From assembly GCA_965203465.1 (NCBI GenBank), contig CBDBCR010000003.1, forward strand, positions 480,001 to 544,000: DNA of 64,000 bases. Direction: 5' to 3'. This document shows positions 9,429-19,300 of the stretch, piece by piece. The stretch is from Nitrosopumilaceae archaeon (GTDB taxonomy: Archaea > Thermoproteota > Nitrososphaeria > Nitrososphaerales > Nitrosopumilaceae). A program made the translations under genes and the position numbers. The number at the start of each line of letters is the position of its first letter. Position 1 is the first letter of the stretch. Under the pieces are notes generated by a model, which did no database searches, was not told the DNA's origin, and was given only the letters and a program-made list of their open reading frames with translations.

Positions 9429-10286
9429 GTGGACTCGATCGGCATAGATCTTGGCGGCACAAAGATAGAGGCCGTCCGCGCGGACGGCTCGCGCGTCGTG
9501 TCCAAAAAGCGCGTGCCCACCCCGCGCAGATACGAAAAGATAGTCTCGGCCGTGGCCGGCCTGGCGGCGGAGCTCGGTCCCGGGTGCCCCGTAGGCGTGG
9601 CCGCCCCGGGCGCCGAGCGCGGCGGCCTCGTCCGCCTCAGCAACACCGGGTGCCTGGAGGGCATGCCCCTGCGCGCCGACCTGGAGGCCGCCGTCGGCTC
9701 CAGGATAGCCATGGAAAACGACGCCAACTGCTTTGCGCTGGCCGAGGCGCGCGCCGGCGCCGGCGCCGGGTACGGCAGGGTCTTCGGCGTCATAATGGGC
9801 ACCGGCGTCGGAGGCGGCATAGTCGAGGGCGGGCGCATACAGCGCGGCGCCTCGGGGTCCGCCGGCGAGTGGGGCCACCACGCGCTGCACAGCGGCGGCC
9901 TCGAGTGCTACTGCGGCAGGCGCGGGTGCGCCGAAGCTTACCTGAGCGGGCCGGCCCTGGAGCGCGCCTGGACGGGCCGCCCCGCCCCGCTGAAGCAGTT
10001 GTGCGCCATGGAGGGCCCCGAGGCGGACGCGTGGCGGCGCAGGTTCGTCGAGGACTTTGGCGAGGGCCTGGCCAACGCCGTGTCCATACTGGATCCGGAC
10101 GTGGTGGTGCTCGGCGGCGGCGTCTCCAACGCGCCGTTCCTGTACTCGGAGGGCCAGAGCGCCGCGCACGCCCGCCTGCCCGAGGGCGCGAGGCCCCCGG
10201 TGCTCCAGAACATGCTGGGGGATTCCGCGGGCTCGCTCGGCGCGTGCATGCTACTGGGGCTCGATGGTGGCCGGCGGCTTGCTTGA
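9429..10286 (+). CDS. ROK-family sugar kinase
   Basis: GIDLGGTKIE, ENDANCFALAE, GTGVGGG, GEWGH, CYCGRRGCAE. Confidence 0.92.
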   Translation: MDSIGIDLGGTKIEAVRADGSRVVSKKRVPTPRRYEKIVSAVAGLAAELGPGCPVGVAAPGAERGGLVRLSNTGCLEGMPLRADLEAAVGSRIAMENDANCFALAEARAGAGAGYGRVFGVIMGTGVGGGIVEGGRIQRGASGSAGEWGHHALHSGGLECYCGRRGCAEAYLSGPALERAWTGRPAPLKQLCAMEGPEADAWRRRFVEDFGEGLANAVSILDPDVVVLGGGVSNAPFLYSEGQSAAHARLPEGARPPVLQNMLGDSAGSLGACMLLGLDGGRRLA

Positions 10287-11774
10287 CACCGCGTAAGAGA
10301 CCCACGTGACCTCCTCTATCTCGTTGGTTATGCGGGTGCTTATCCGTTCCAGCTCGCCGTGCGAGAGGCGCGTCCAGTCGGCCGTCATGGCGTCGTCCGA
10401 ATCGACGGCCCTGACGGTCACGACGCGGCCGTAGCGGCGCCGGTCGCCCACCACGCCGACGGCCCTGTCGTCGCCGACCGACGCGTACGCCTGCCATATC
10501 CTCCGGTACGAGCCGCTCGAGCGCAGCTCCTGCTCCACTATGAGGCTGGCGGCCCTGCATATGCGCAGCTTTTCGGGCGTGACCTCGCCCATGATGCGCA
10601 CCGCCAAGCCGGGCCCTGGGAACGGGTGCCTATCGAGCGCCTCGTCGGGTATCCCCAGTATCCGCCCTATCCGCCTGACCTCGTCCTTGTACAGCTCGCG
10701 CAGCGGCTCGAGCACCTTGAGGCCCAGCTTTTCGGGCAGCCCGCCGACGTTGTGGTGGGACTTTATCACGTCGGCCGGCCCGCCCGACACCCCGCTCTCT
10801 ATCACGTCGGGGTACAGCGTGCCCTGCGCCAGCCACTCGAACGGGCCCGACTCCGCCGCGCGCTCGACGAAGACCTTTGCGAACTCGTCGCCGACTATCC
10901 TGCGCTTCTCCTCCGGGTCCCCCACGCCCTCCAGCCTAGAGAGGAACCGCGCGCCCGCGTCCACGCGCTCGACCTCTATGCCCAGGTCGGCGAACATGGC
11001 CTGCACCTCGCCGGCCTCGCCCTCGCGCAGCAGGCCGTTGTCTATGAAGACGCAGCGCAGGCGCTCGCCGGCGGCGCGGTGCAGCAGCACGGCCGCCACC
11101 GTGGAATCCACGCCGCCGCTGACCCCGCACAGTATGCGGCCCTCCGCCGAGGCGAGCCTCTTTTGGGACTCCGCGACGAACCCCTCCATCGTCCAGTCCT
11201 TGGACGCGCCGCATATGCCCAGCGCAAAGTTGGACAGTATCCTGGAGCCGTTTTCGGTGTGGGCCACCTCGGGGTGGAACTGTATTCCGTACACCCGGGA
11301 GCCGGGCATCTCTATGGCCGCCGAGCCGGAGCCCTCGGTGCGCCCCACGGTCCGGAACCCGTCCGGCACCTTTTCGGCCGCGTCGCCGTGGCTCATCCAC
11401 GCCCTCACCGATCCGCCCATGCCGGCGAGCAGGTCCGAGCCGCCGTCTATGGAGAGTATGGACGAGCCGTACTCTTTCCTGGCTCTCTTTACCGTCCCGC
11501 CGTACCTGTCCACGATGAGCTGGTGGCCGTAGCATATTCCCAGCACTGGCAGGCCCGCCTCGAAGACGCCCCCGTCGGGCCGCGGCGCGCCGTCCTCGTA
11601 CACGCTGGCCGGCCCGCCCGACAGCACGATGCCGCGCGTGCCCGGCGATGCCACCTCGGAGGCCGGCGCGTCGTGCCGGACGAGGTCGGCGCACACGCCC
11701 ATCTCCCTTATCCTCCTGCATATGAGGTGGCTGTACTGGGATCCAAAGTCCAGCACGGCTATGCGGTCGGTCAC
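10251..11774 (-). CDS. guaA: GMP synthase (glutamine-hydrolysing)
   Basis: LDFGSQY, LGICYG, QFHPEV, SGGVDS, IKSHHNVGGLP, SKPPATIE. Confidence 0.97.
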   Translation of the reverse strand: MTDRIAVLDFGSQYSHLICRRIREMGVCADLVRHDAPASEVASPGTRGIVLSGGPASVYEDGAPRPDGGVFEAGLPVLGICYGHQLIVDRYGGTVKRARKEYGSSILSIDGGSDLLAGMGGSVRAWMSHGDAAEKVPDGFRTVGRTEGSGSAAIEMPGSRVYGIQFHPEVAHTENGSRILSNFALGICGASKDWTMEGFVAESQKRLASAEGRILCGVSGGVDSTVAAVLLHRAAGERLRCVFIDNGLLREGEAGEVQAMFADLGIEVERVDAGARFLSRLEGVGDPEEKRRIVGDEFAKVFVERAAESGPFEWLAQGTLYPDVIESGVSGGPADVIKSHHNVGGLPEKLGLKVLEPLRELYKDEVRRIGRILGIPDEALDRHPFPGPGLAVRIMGEVTPEKLRICRAASLIVEQELRSSGSYRRIWQAYASVGDDRAVGVVGDRRRYGRVVTVRAVDSDDAMTADWTRLSHGELERISTRITNEIEEVTWVSYAVSSKPPATIEPQ

Positions 11775-12361
11775 TCGGCGGCCCTCTCCAGCATCCTGTT
11801 GAGCGACCACTCCGCGGTGTTTATTATCTCGCGCACGCGCGAGGCGTCCCGGTACCCCGTTACCGTGATGCCCCTCAGCTGCCGCCCGTCGGCGAGCACG
11901 GAGCAGTCGATGGGCTCCAGCCCGTCCTCGAGGTCCTTTTTGCGCATGCCGCCTATCACCTTGCCCACGAAGAACGACTTTAGCGGCGGCGTGTCCGCAT
12001 CAAGGCTCACCTGGCCGTCCAGCGTTATCGATATGCTGCCGGGCCGCACCGCCGCGCTGCCTATCTCTGACTGCCTCTGCTTCCAGACCAGCTTTACGAT
12101 CTCGGGCTCCGGGCCGGCCTCTTGCGCAGGTTCTGCCTCTTCCGGTCCGGCCTCTTCCGGTTCCGCCCGGCCGGCCCCGCGCTCTACAGGCTTCGAGGGG
12201 GGCAGCGACGAGGCTTTTGTAAAGCTGGACTGCCGCAGTATGTCGTCCAGGACGGCGGCCTCCCTTTCCAGCGCGTTCAGCTCTTCCTGGCACTTTTCCA
12301 TCCTGCCGGCGATTCGCTCCTTTATAGCCAGCACGTCGCGCAACTGCTCTTCGGACAGCAC
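11771..12361 (-). CDS. Hypothetical protein (coiled-coil N-terminus)
   Basis: ORF coupled to guaA; TTTAAT 24 nt upstream of GTG. Confidence 0.75.
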   Translation of the reverse strand: MLSEEQLRDVLAIKERIAGRMEKCQEELNALEREAAVLDDILRQSSFTKASSLPPSKPVERGAGRAEPEEAGPEEAEPAQEAGPEPEIVKLVWKQRQSEIGSAAVRPGSISITLDGQVSLDADTPPLKSFFVGKVIGGMRKKDLEDGLEPIDCSVLADGRQLRGITVTGYRDASRVREIINTAEWSLNRMLERAAE

Positions 12362-12610
12362 GGCGCGCCCCGCCCGCGCTGGGCATTAAAGGTATGGTAG
12401 GGCCACGGTCCGGTTCTCTGGCGACGGCATGCATCGTACGGCACCAAGCGCACCGATGGCGCGAAAAATCGCCAGCCGCGGTCTGGATAGCTGAGATTGC
12501 CGAGCCCTGCCACGGGCGTGGCTGGCCTGCCCGGCGCAGCGTCGGCCGCGCCGCCATCTGGCCCGATCCCCGCCGCAGGGAATAAATAGTAGTCTCCGTA
12601 CCTCCCCCTC

Positions 12611-12826
12611 GTGCATCCGATCAGAGTCAAGGTAGAAAAGAAGGAGGGTGGATTCATCGCCCAGTGTTTGGACAATCCCGCCATCATAGTGACGGGCGCC
12701 AGCAAGGCCGGCATACGAAAGAACCTAAATGCCGCCATCACAGGATACGTTTACGCGTTCCCCGAAGACAAGAACGAGTTTTTCCAAGACGGCAAAATGC
12801 GCAAGGTGGACTTGCTTGAAGCCTAA
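12611..12826 (+). CDS. HicB-like antitoxin (short)
   Basis: KEGGFIAQCLDNPAIIVTGASKAGIRKNLNAAI matches the HicB N-domain pattern; low GC. Confidence 0.7.
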   Translation: MHPIRVKVEKKEGGFIAQCLDNPAIIVTGASKAGIRKNLNAAITGYVYAFPEDKNEFFQDGKMRKVDLLEA

Positions 12827-13052
12827 TTGGCACCATTTCAAGCAGGTTCTGGAGATACTGGGATACACGCAATCCAATACCGACTCCGACGGATACCTTT
12901 ATTTCGCGCATCCGGACATGGGCAAGGTAATGATCGAAAAACACAATCGAATGCCCGAAGATAAGACGAGCAAGTATCTGCGCGTCATGAAACTCCCCCA
13001 CCCGTACTTTGAGCCCATTTACAAAAAGTGCAAAAAGACGCCCGCATCGTAG
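12816..13052 (+). CDS. HicA-like toxin
   Basis: TTG start overlapping hicB; FKQVLEILGY...YFAHPD..KVMIEKH basic protein, HicA-like layout. Confidence 0.6.
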   Translation: MKPNWHHFKQVLEILGYTQSNTDSDGYLYFAHPDMGKVMIEKHNRMPEDKTSKYLRVMKLPHPYFEPIYKKCKKTPAS

Positions 13053-13172
13053 CGCCGTTCTGCGTATGTGCGGATCCGCCGCCAAGTCCCGCATTTGGGC
13101 GCGCGCTTCGCCGGCCCGGGCGCTCGCGTTCCGGATCGGCGCCGTCCGCCCCACAGGCTTGCGGCTTCGCGC

Positions 13173-13892
13173 CTAGCCCAGCCCCAGGTACATGCGGCCC
13201 AAGTCCGGCTCGGCCAGCAGCGCGTCGGGCTTGCCGTCGAATACGTTCTTGCCGTTGGCCAGCAGGTACACCGTGTCGCCCATCGACAGGGCGCGCTTTA
13301 CGTTCTGCTCTACCAGGATGCACGTGATCCCCATCTCGTCGCGTATCTGGCCTATCTTTGTCAGCACGTCGTCCGCCAGCTTTGGCGAGAGGCTCGCGGT
13401 CGGCTCGTCGAACAGCATTATGGTCGGCTTGCGGACCAGCGCCATGCCCATGCCGAGCATCTGCCTCTGCCCGCCGCTGAGCGTCATGGCCTTTGCCCCC
13501 CGCTTCTCGCGCAGCACGGGCAGCGACTCCATGGCGTCCGATATGCGCTCGGCGGTGTCGTGCGAATCGAGCATGTAGCTGGCCATGATCAGGTTCTCCA
13601 TGACGGTCAGGTTGCCGAAGACGTTGTTGGTCTGAGGCAGGTAGGCTATCTTTTTGCGCGCGATGTCGTGGGGCGCCATGTGCGTCAGCTCCTCGCCGCC
13701 GGCGCGTATGCTCCCCGAGTACACCGTGCACAGGCCGAAGAGGCTCTTGAGCAGGGTGCTCTTGCCCGAGCCGTTGGGCCCTATGATGAGGGTGAGCTCG
13801 CGCTCGCGCGCCTCAAAGTCGACCCCGAACAGTATGTGCGCGTGGCCGTACCCCGCGTGCAGGTCGCTCGTCTGTACCACCGATCCGGCCAA
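13173..13892 (-). CDS. livF: Branched-chain amino acid ABC transporter ATPase
   Basis: GPNGSGKS, LSGGQRQM, FDEP, LVEQN, YLG end. Confidence 0.92.
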   Translation of the reverse strand: MAGSVVQTSDLHAGYGHAHILFGVDFEARERELTLIIGPNGSGKSTLLKSLFGLCTVYSGSIRAGGEELTHMAPHDIARKKIAYLPQTNNVFGNLTVMENLIMASYMLDSHDTAERISDAMESLPVLREKRGAKAMTLSGGQRQMLGMGMALVRKPTIMLFDEPTASLSPKLADDVLTKIGQIRDEMGITCILVEQNVKRALSMGDTVYLLANGKNVFDGKPDALLAEPDLGRMYLGLG

Positions 13893-13893
13893 C

Positions 13894-14649
13894 CTAACCA
13901 CCCAGGTACGACTCGACCACCCGCGGATCCTTGGTGACCTCGTCGGGCGTCCCCGACGCGATGATGCGCCCCACGTCCATCGCGAAGACCTGCTCTACGT
14001 ACTGCAGGGCGATGTCGAGCCGGTGCTCCACTATCAGGAACGTGAGGCCCTGCTCCCTGCATATGCTGGTTATCTTGTCGAATATGGCGTGCGCCAGCGT
14101 CGGGTTCACGCCGGCTATGGGCTCGTCCATCAGTATGACGCGCGCGCCGGACATCATCACGCGCCCCAGCTCGAGCAGTTTTTGCTGCCCGCCGCTCAGG
14201 TCCTGGCTCTCGACCTCGCGCTTTTCGGCCAGCGTCGTCATGTCCATCATGGCCTTGGCCCTGTCCATGACGCGCCTCTCGTCGGCGGCCCACCGCGACT
14301 TTACCGGCGCGTACAGGAACTGCTCGCCCGAGTTGCACGCGCCGGCTGCCAGCATGTTCTCGCCGGTGTTCATCGTGGAGAACGGCTTGGGTATCTGCCA
14401 CGTCCTAGCCAAGCCCAGCCTGTACGTCTCGTACAGGCCCATCCTGGAGATGTCGGTCCCCTCGAAAGTCACGGTTCCCGCGTCGGGCGGGTACATGCCC
14501 GATATGACGTTGATGAGCGTGGTCTTGCCGCACCCGTTGGGCCCTATCAGCTGGTATATGCGGCCCTCCTTTATCTCCATGTCTATCCCCTTTAGGACCT
14601 CGTTGCCCCCAAAGTGCTTCTCGACGCCGGATACCTGCAGAATCCCCAA
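13894..14649 (-). CDS. livG: Branched-chain amino acid ABC transporter ATPase
   Basis: GPNGCGKT, ARTWQ, LSGGQQKLLE, DEPIAGVNP, DPRVVESYLG. Confidence 0.92.
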   Translation of the reverse strand: MGILQVSGVEKHFGGNEVLKGIDMEIKEGRIYQLIGPNGCGKTTLINVISGMYPPDAGTVTFEGTDISRMGLYETYRLGLARTWQIPKPFSTMNTGENMLAAGACNSGEQFLYAPVKSRWAADERRVMDRAKAMMDMTTLAEKREVESQDLSGGQQKLLELGRVMMSGARVILMDEPIAGVNPTLAHAIFDKITSICREQGLTFLIVEHRLDIALQYVEQVFAMDVGRIIASGTPDEVTKDPRVVESYLGG

Positions 14650-14703
14650 ACACGGGTTGGGGCCGCCAAAAAGTATTTAAGCATTTATCCGCGCCCGTCC
14701 GCG

Positions 14704-15627
14704 GTGCAGATAGACCCCATATTCTCAGACGCCCTCATATTCAGCAGCCTGCTGGCCCTCCTCTGCATAGGCCTGACGCTGACGTACCTGACCACGCGCG
14801 TGCCCAACTTCGCGCACGCGTCGTTCGCCACCATCGGGATATACATGGCCCTCGTGGCCTCGCGCGTCTGGGAGACGAGCCCGTACGTGGCGCTGCCCAT
14901 AGCGTTCGCCATAGCCGGCGCGGCGGCCCTGGCCCTGTACACGTTCATACTGAAGCCGCTCATACGCAAGGGCGCCTCGTTCGCCATACAGATGATAGCC
15001 ACGCTGGCCTTCGACCTGATACTGATAGCGGTGCTCAACATATTCGCCGACTATATCGTCAGGACGTTCCAAGTCACGTCCAGGGAATTCACGCTGCGCA
15101 GCTACGACGCGCAGGTGTTCGACATGCCGCTGCTGGTCATAGCGGCGCCGGCCGCCATCGGAATTCTGGCGCTGAGCCTCCACGTGATACTGAAAAAGAC
15201 AAAGTTCGGCATAGCCATGAGGGCCTCTACCGAGAACCCCGACCTGGCAGAGACGGTCGGCATCAACGTAAAGATGGTCTACGGGGTCTCGTGGGTGCTG
15301 GGCGGCGGCCTGGCGGGCGTCGCCGGCGCCCTCATGGCGCTGTGGTTCCAGGGCGATCCCAACTTCGGGCCGCAGGTGATACCGAGCGTCTTCGCGGCCA
15401 GCATAGTGGGCGGGTTCTTCAGCATCTACGGGGCGATCGCCGGGGGGATACTGGTCGGCATGACCGAGGTGCTCGGCACGCGCTTCCTCGCCGGCGAGTT
15501 CGGCGCGTGGATGGTGGCCTACAGGCCCCTCATACCGCTGATCTTCATAGCCGTGACGCTGCTGCTGGCCCCGCAGGGCCTGGCCGGCGTGGCGTGGGGC
15601 CGCCTGCTCAGGCGGGGGGCGAGCTGA
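14704..15627 (+). CDS. livH: Branched-chain amino acid ABC permease
   Basis: GLTLTY...NFAHA, TKFGIAMRA, GIN; multi-TM. Confidence 0.9.
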   Translation: MQIDPIFSDALIFSSLLALLCIGLTLTYLTTRVPNFAHASFATIGIYMALVASRVWETSPYVALPIAFAIAGAAALALYTFILKPLIRKGASFAIQMIATLAFDLILIAVLNIFADYIVRTFQVTSREFTLRSYDAQVFDMPLLVIAAPAAIGILALSLHVILKKTKFGIAMRASTENPDLAETVGINVKMVYGVSWVLGGGLAGVAGALMALWFQGDPNFGPQVIPSVFAASIVGGFFSIYGAIAGGILVGMTEVLGTRFLAGEFGAWMVAYRPLIPLIFIAVTLLLAPQGLAGVAWGRLLRRGAS

Positions 15628-15628
15628 G

Positions 15629-16753
15629 ATGGCCCTGGAGTCCTTTTTCATATTCGCGACGGACCTGATGGCCATATTCGCGGTCTATGCCATCGTGAAC
15701 CTGAGCCTCAACATGGAGTTCGGGTACGGCGGCGTGCCCAACTTCGGCAAGGTGCTGGCAGTCGGCGCCGGCGCCTTCGTGGTCGCCGCCGTCCCCGGCA
15801 GGATATTCGCCTCGATGGCCGGCGTGGGCGGCGACTATATCGGCGACAACCTGGCCATAATATCGCAGGTCAACGTGTGGCTGGCAGACAACGTCGGCAT
15901 AGGCTTCGCCGTGTTCTTCCTGACCCTCGGCATAGCGGCCGCCGTGGGCGGCGCGCTCGGCTGGCTGACCTCGTACCCGGCCATACGCCTGCGCGGCGAC
16001 TATCTTGCCATCACGCTGCTGGCCTTCGGCGAGGGCATACGCATAATCGGCAACAACTTCGTGCCCATAGCCGGCGGCACGCTGGGCGTCGAGGTGCCCG
16101 ACCCCCTCTCGTTTTTGCCGGACGGCCTGCGCTTCCCCGTGGCCACCCTCGGGCTGGTGCTCATCGCCATCGCCGTGTTCGCCTACAGCGAAAAGATGGT
16201 GCGCTCGCCGCTGGGCAGGCTGCTGCGCGCGGTGCGCGACAACGAGATAGCCGCCGAGGCGGTCGGCAAGGACACGGCCCGCATCCGCATGAAGGTGATC
16301 ATAGTCTCGGCCGCGCTGGCGGCCATCGGCGGGGCGCTGTACTCTTTCTACGTGGGCAGCACCATAGCGTTCGCCTACGACCGGGCCAGCTGGACTTTCT
16401 GGCCGTTTTTGATGATACTGATAGGGGGGCTGGCCAACAACAAGGGGGTGCTGGTCGGCACGTTCATCTTCGTCATCGTGCGGAAACTGATCACCTTCTT
16501 CAAGGATTCGTTCGAGGGGTTCCTCCCGTTCGACGTGGTGTGGCTGGACTTTCTGCTGCTCGGGGCCATACTGCTGGCCGTGCTGCTGTACAGGCCGCAG
16601 GGGATACTGGTCGAGAGGCCCACTCCCACGATACCCTTCCTCGAGTCCGGTGTCGGGCCCGGGCGGGCCGGCGCGTTCTGGTCGCCCGACGCGCCGCTGC
16701 CCCCCGACGCGCCGCCGGCGCGCAGGGCGCTGGGCGTCTTTTACAGGCCCTAG
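15629..16753 (+). CDS. livM: Branched-chain amino acid ABC permease
   Basis: LNMEFGYGG, RLRGDYLAITLL, SPLGRLLRAVRDNEIAA. Confidence 0.9.
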   Translation: MALESFFIFATDLMAIFAVYAIVNLSLNMEFGYGGVPNFGKVLAVGAGAFVVAAVPGRIFASMAGVGGDYIGDNLAIISQVNVWLADNVGIGFAVFFLTLGIAAAVGGALGWLTSYPAIRLRGDYLAITLLAFGEGIRIIGNNFVPIAGGTLGVEVPDPLSFLPDGLRFPVATLGLVLIAIAVFAYSEKMVRSPLGRLLRAVRDNEIAAEAVGKDTARIRMKVIIVSAALAAIGGALYSFYVGSTIAFAYDRASWTFWPFLMILIGGLANNKGVLVGTFIFVIVRKLITFFKDSFEGFLPFDVVWLDFLLLGAILLAVLLYRPQGILVERPTPTIPFLESGVGPGRAGAFWSPDAPLPPDAPPARRALGVFYRP

Positions 16754-16763
16754 CCGGCGCGCG

Positions 16764-17702
16764 CTAGGGCCTCAGGCCCGAGTCGACCATCAGGGCTACG
16801 AACAGCACGGCCAGGTACGGGCTCGAAAACTTGAACAGCACCCACGAGGCCTTTTCGGTGGGCCTGGCCGCCACCCAGCCGGACAGCGCGACCATCAGCG
16901 CCCCCGAGGCCGCCGCGGTCCACAGGTACACGGGCCCGACCATGGGCAGCCCGTCCGGGCCCGCCGCCAGCAGGGCCGGCGCGAGGCTGAAAGCCACCAT
17001 GGCCACGGTGGCCGCGGCCACGATGCGCGCCGAGGCCTGCTCGGTCTGCACCGACGTCAGCATGGGCACGCCCACCCGGTTGTAGTCTTCGCGGAAGTGC
17101 AGCGTCAGGCTCCATATGTGCAGCGGGATCCAGACGAAGACGAGGCCCGCCATGACGAGGCCCATCGTCCACAGATCCGAAAGCGTGGCCGCGGCCCAGC
17201 CTATCAGCGGCGGCGAGCCCCCGCACAGCCCGCCCAGCAGGATGTTGGACTGCGAGCGGCGCTTCAGGGCGTAAGAGTACACCAGCACGTTGTTGGCGAG
17301 GCCGAACGCGATGAAGCCGGTCGCCGCCAGGCCCTGCTCGAATCCGGCCGTGTGCGATATGCCGTAGGCGAGCACGAGCGATGCGCCGGCGAGGACGAGG
17401 CCGAAGTTGCGCGCCTTTGTCGCCGGGCTTATGCGGCCGGACGGGAGCGGCCTGCCCTTGGTCCTCTCCATCACCGCGTCGATGTCGCGGTCGTGGTAGT
17501 TTGTCAGCGTGTTGGCGGCGGCCGAGCCGGCCGCGACCGAGAGCAGCACCAGCACCCAGGTGGCCGGCGAGACCTCGACGTCGTATATCTGCGAGGCCGT
17601 CAGCGTGGCCGCGAGCGCGGTGAACACCAAAAGGTACCATATCTTGGGCTTTGTGAGCTCGTAGTACACGGCCAGCCGGGGCCTCGACCTCTGCTCCTGC
17701 AT
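16764..17702 (-). CDS. ctaB: Protoheme IX farnesyltransferase (heme O synthase)
   Basis: ELTKP, DRDIDAVMERTKGRPLPSG, EDY..GVPML. Confidence 0.95.
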   Translation of the reverse strand: MQEQRSRPRLAVYYELTKPKIWYLLVFTALAATLTASQIYDVEVSPATWVLVLLSVAAGSAAANTLTNYHDRDIDAVMERTKGRPLPSGRISPATKARNFGLVLAGASLVLAYGISHTAGFEQGLAATGFIAFGLANNVLVYSYALKRRSQSNILLGGLCGGSPPLIGWAAATLSDLWTMGLVMAGLVFVWIPLHIWSLTLHFREDYNRVGVPMLTSVQTEQASARIVAAATVAMVAFSLAPALLAAGPDGLPMVGPVYLWTAAASGALMVALSGWVAARPTEKASWVLFKFSSPYLAVLFVALMVDSGLRP

Positions 17703-18176
17703 CTAGTCGGCACCCGCCTGCAGCACGTCCTTGCGGTGTGTCTTCATCTCGACAAAGCTCTCCGAGGAGAGTATGCCCTCTATCCGGCCTATCTTTTCCG
17801 AGACGAGCACGTGCATCTCGTCCAGGTTCCTAGCGTAGATCGTAATCAGTATGTCGAAGCGGCCCGTCACCTCGGCTATCTCGCCGACGCCCGGCGTCGA
17901 AAAGAGCTCCTTGAGGATGCCGTCGCGCTTGCGCGAGTCCATCTTTACGCCCATTATCGACTTTACATCGTAGCCCAGGCGCGCGTGGTTGACCACCACG
18001 GTGAACTTTTCGATCAGCCCGTTGCCGACCATCCGGTCTATGCGCGAGTATATCCGGGAGGGCTTTTCGCCCAGCTGCTCGGCCAGCTTTGGCACCGAGA
18101 CGCGCGAGTTGCGCGCCAGCTCCGCTAGCACGGCCTCGTCGAGCCTGTCCACGGCGCGCAAGGCCCCCCTAGGCAT
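17703..18176 (-). CDS. Lrp/AsnC transcriptional regulator
   Basis: DRLDEAVLAEL..NSR HTH, G.IEKFT, EVTGRFD. Confidence 0.9.
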   Translation of the reverse strand: MPRGALRAVDRLDEAVLAELARNSRVSVPKLAEQLGEKPSRIYSRIDRMVGNGLIEKFTVVVNHARLGYDVKSIMGVKMDSRKRDGILKELFSTPGVGEIAEVTGRFDILITIYARNLDEMHVLVSEKIGRIEGILSSESFVEMKTHRKDVLQAGAD

Positions 18177-18184
18177 TATAAACG

Positions 18185-19252
18185 CTAGATCTTGCCGCGC
18201 TTGTAGAGCATCTCGGCCAGCAGCACGGCCCCCTTGGCCGAGCCCATCTTTTTGTTGTGCGAAAACAGCACGTACTTTAGGCCGTTGTCGAACAGATCCT
18301 CCCTCTCCACCCTGCCGATGGTGGTGGTCATGCCGCCGCCCACCTCGCGCTCCATGCGCGGCTGCGGCCGGGTCGGATCCTCGTGGAACGCGTAGTACTT
18401 TTCGGGCGCCGAAGGCAGGCCGGCCACCGAGACCTGCCCGTTCGATTCTTCGTACGTCCGGCGCGCCGAGGACGGGTCCACCTCCTCCTTCGTCTCGACG
18501 AAGACCGACTCGGTGTGCCCGTCGATGACCGGCACCCGGGTGCAGGTGCAGCTGATCCGTATGTCCGCCTCCTCTATGCGGCCGTCCCTGAGCCTGCCGA
18601 GTATCTTGCGCGTCTCGCGCCTGACCTTGCCCTCCTCCTTTGGTATGAAGGGCAGTATGTTGTCGGTTATGCCCATCGCGGAGACGCCCGACTTGCCGCC
18701 GCCGGATATGGCCTGCATCGACGTCATCATGACTTTTTTGACGCCGTACTCGTCGAGCAGCGGCTTTAGCGTTATGGCGAGGCCCGTCGTGGTGCAGTTG
18801 GGCAGGGGCGCGACCCACCCCTTCCAGCCGCGCTCGCGCTGCCGGTCCAGCAGGTCTGCCTGCTCGTCGTTGACACCCGGTATCAGTATCGGCACGTCGT
18901 CTTCGTACCTGTACGCGGAGCTGGTCGATATGACCGGCAGCAGCTCTGCCATCTTTGTCTCGATGCTGCGCGCCGCCTCCGATTCCACGGCCGAAAAGAC
19001 CAGATCGAGGCTGCCCGTGTCCAGCTCCGAGACCCGGCGCACCTCCATGTCCCGCGCGTACACGGGCACCTCCCCGCCCGCGTCCCACGATACTATGCCG
19101 GAGGGGTCGCGCAGGGCGTCGGTGTATTTTTTGCCCGCCGAGCGCTCAGAGGCCGCCATCTGGGCGAGCTCGAACCAGGGGTGGTTTTCCAGGGACTGGA
19201 CGAACTCTTGGCCCACCGATCCGGTCGCGCCGATGACCGCTACCCGCTTCAC
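18185..19252 (-). CDS. asd: Aspartate-semialdehyde dehydrogenase
   Basis: GATGSVGQ, PNCTT, QAISGGG, RVPVIDGH, HN..GSAKGA. Confidence 0.96.
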   Translation of the reverse strand: MKRVAVIGATGSVGQEFVQSLENHPWFELAQMAASERSAGKKYTDALRDPSGIVSWDAGGEVPVYARDMEVRRVSELDTGSLDLVFSAVESEAARSIETKMAELLPVISTSSAYRYEDDVPILIPGVNDEQADLLDRQRERGWKGWVAPLPNCTTTGLAITLKPLLDEYGVKKVMMTSMQAISGGGKSGVSAMGITDNILPFIPKEEGKVRRETRKILGRLRDGRIEEADIRISCTCTRVPVIDGHTESVFVETKEEVDPSSARRTYEESNGQVSVAGLPSAPEKYYAFHEDPTRPQPRMEREVGGGMTTTIGRVEREDLFDNGLKYVLFSHNKKMGSAKGAVLLAEMLYKRGKI

Positions 19253-19300
19253 GGGCCCGGGGCCCCACAAGACAGGTAATAATTTTTTGCAAAGGCCCGC

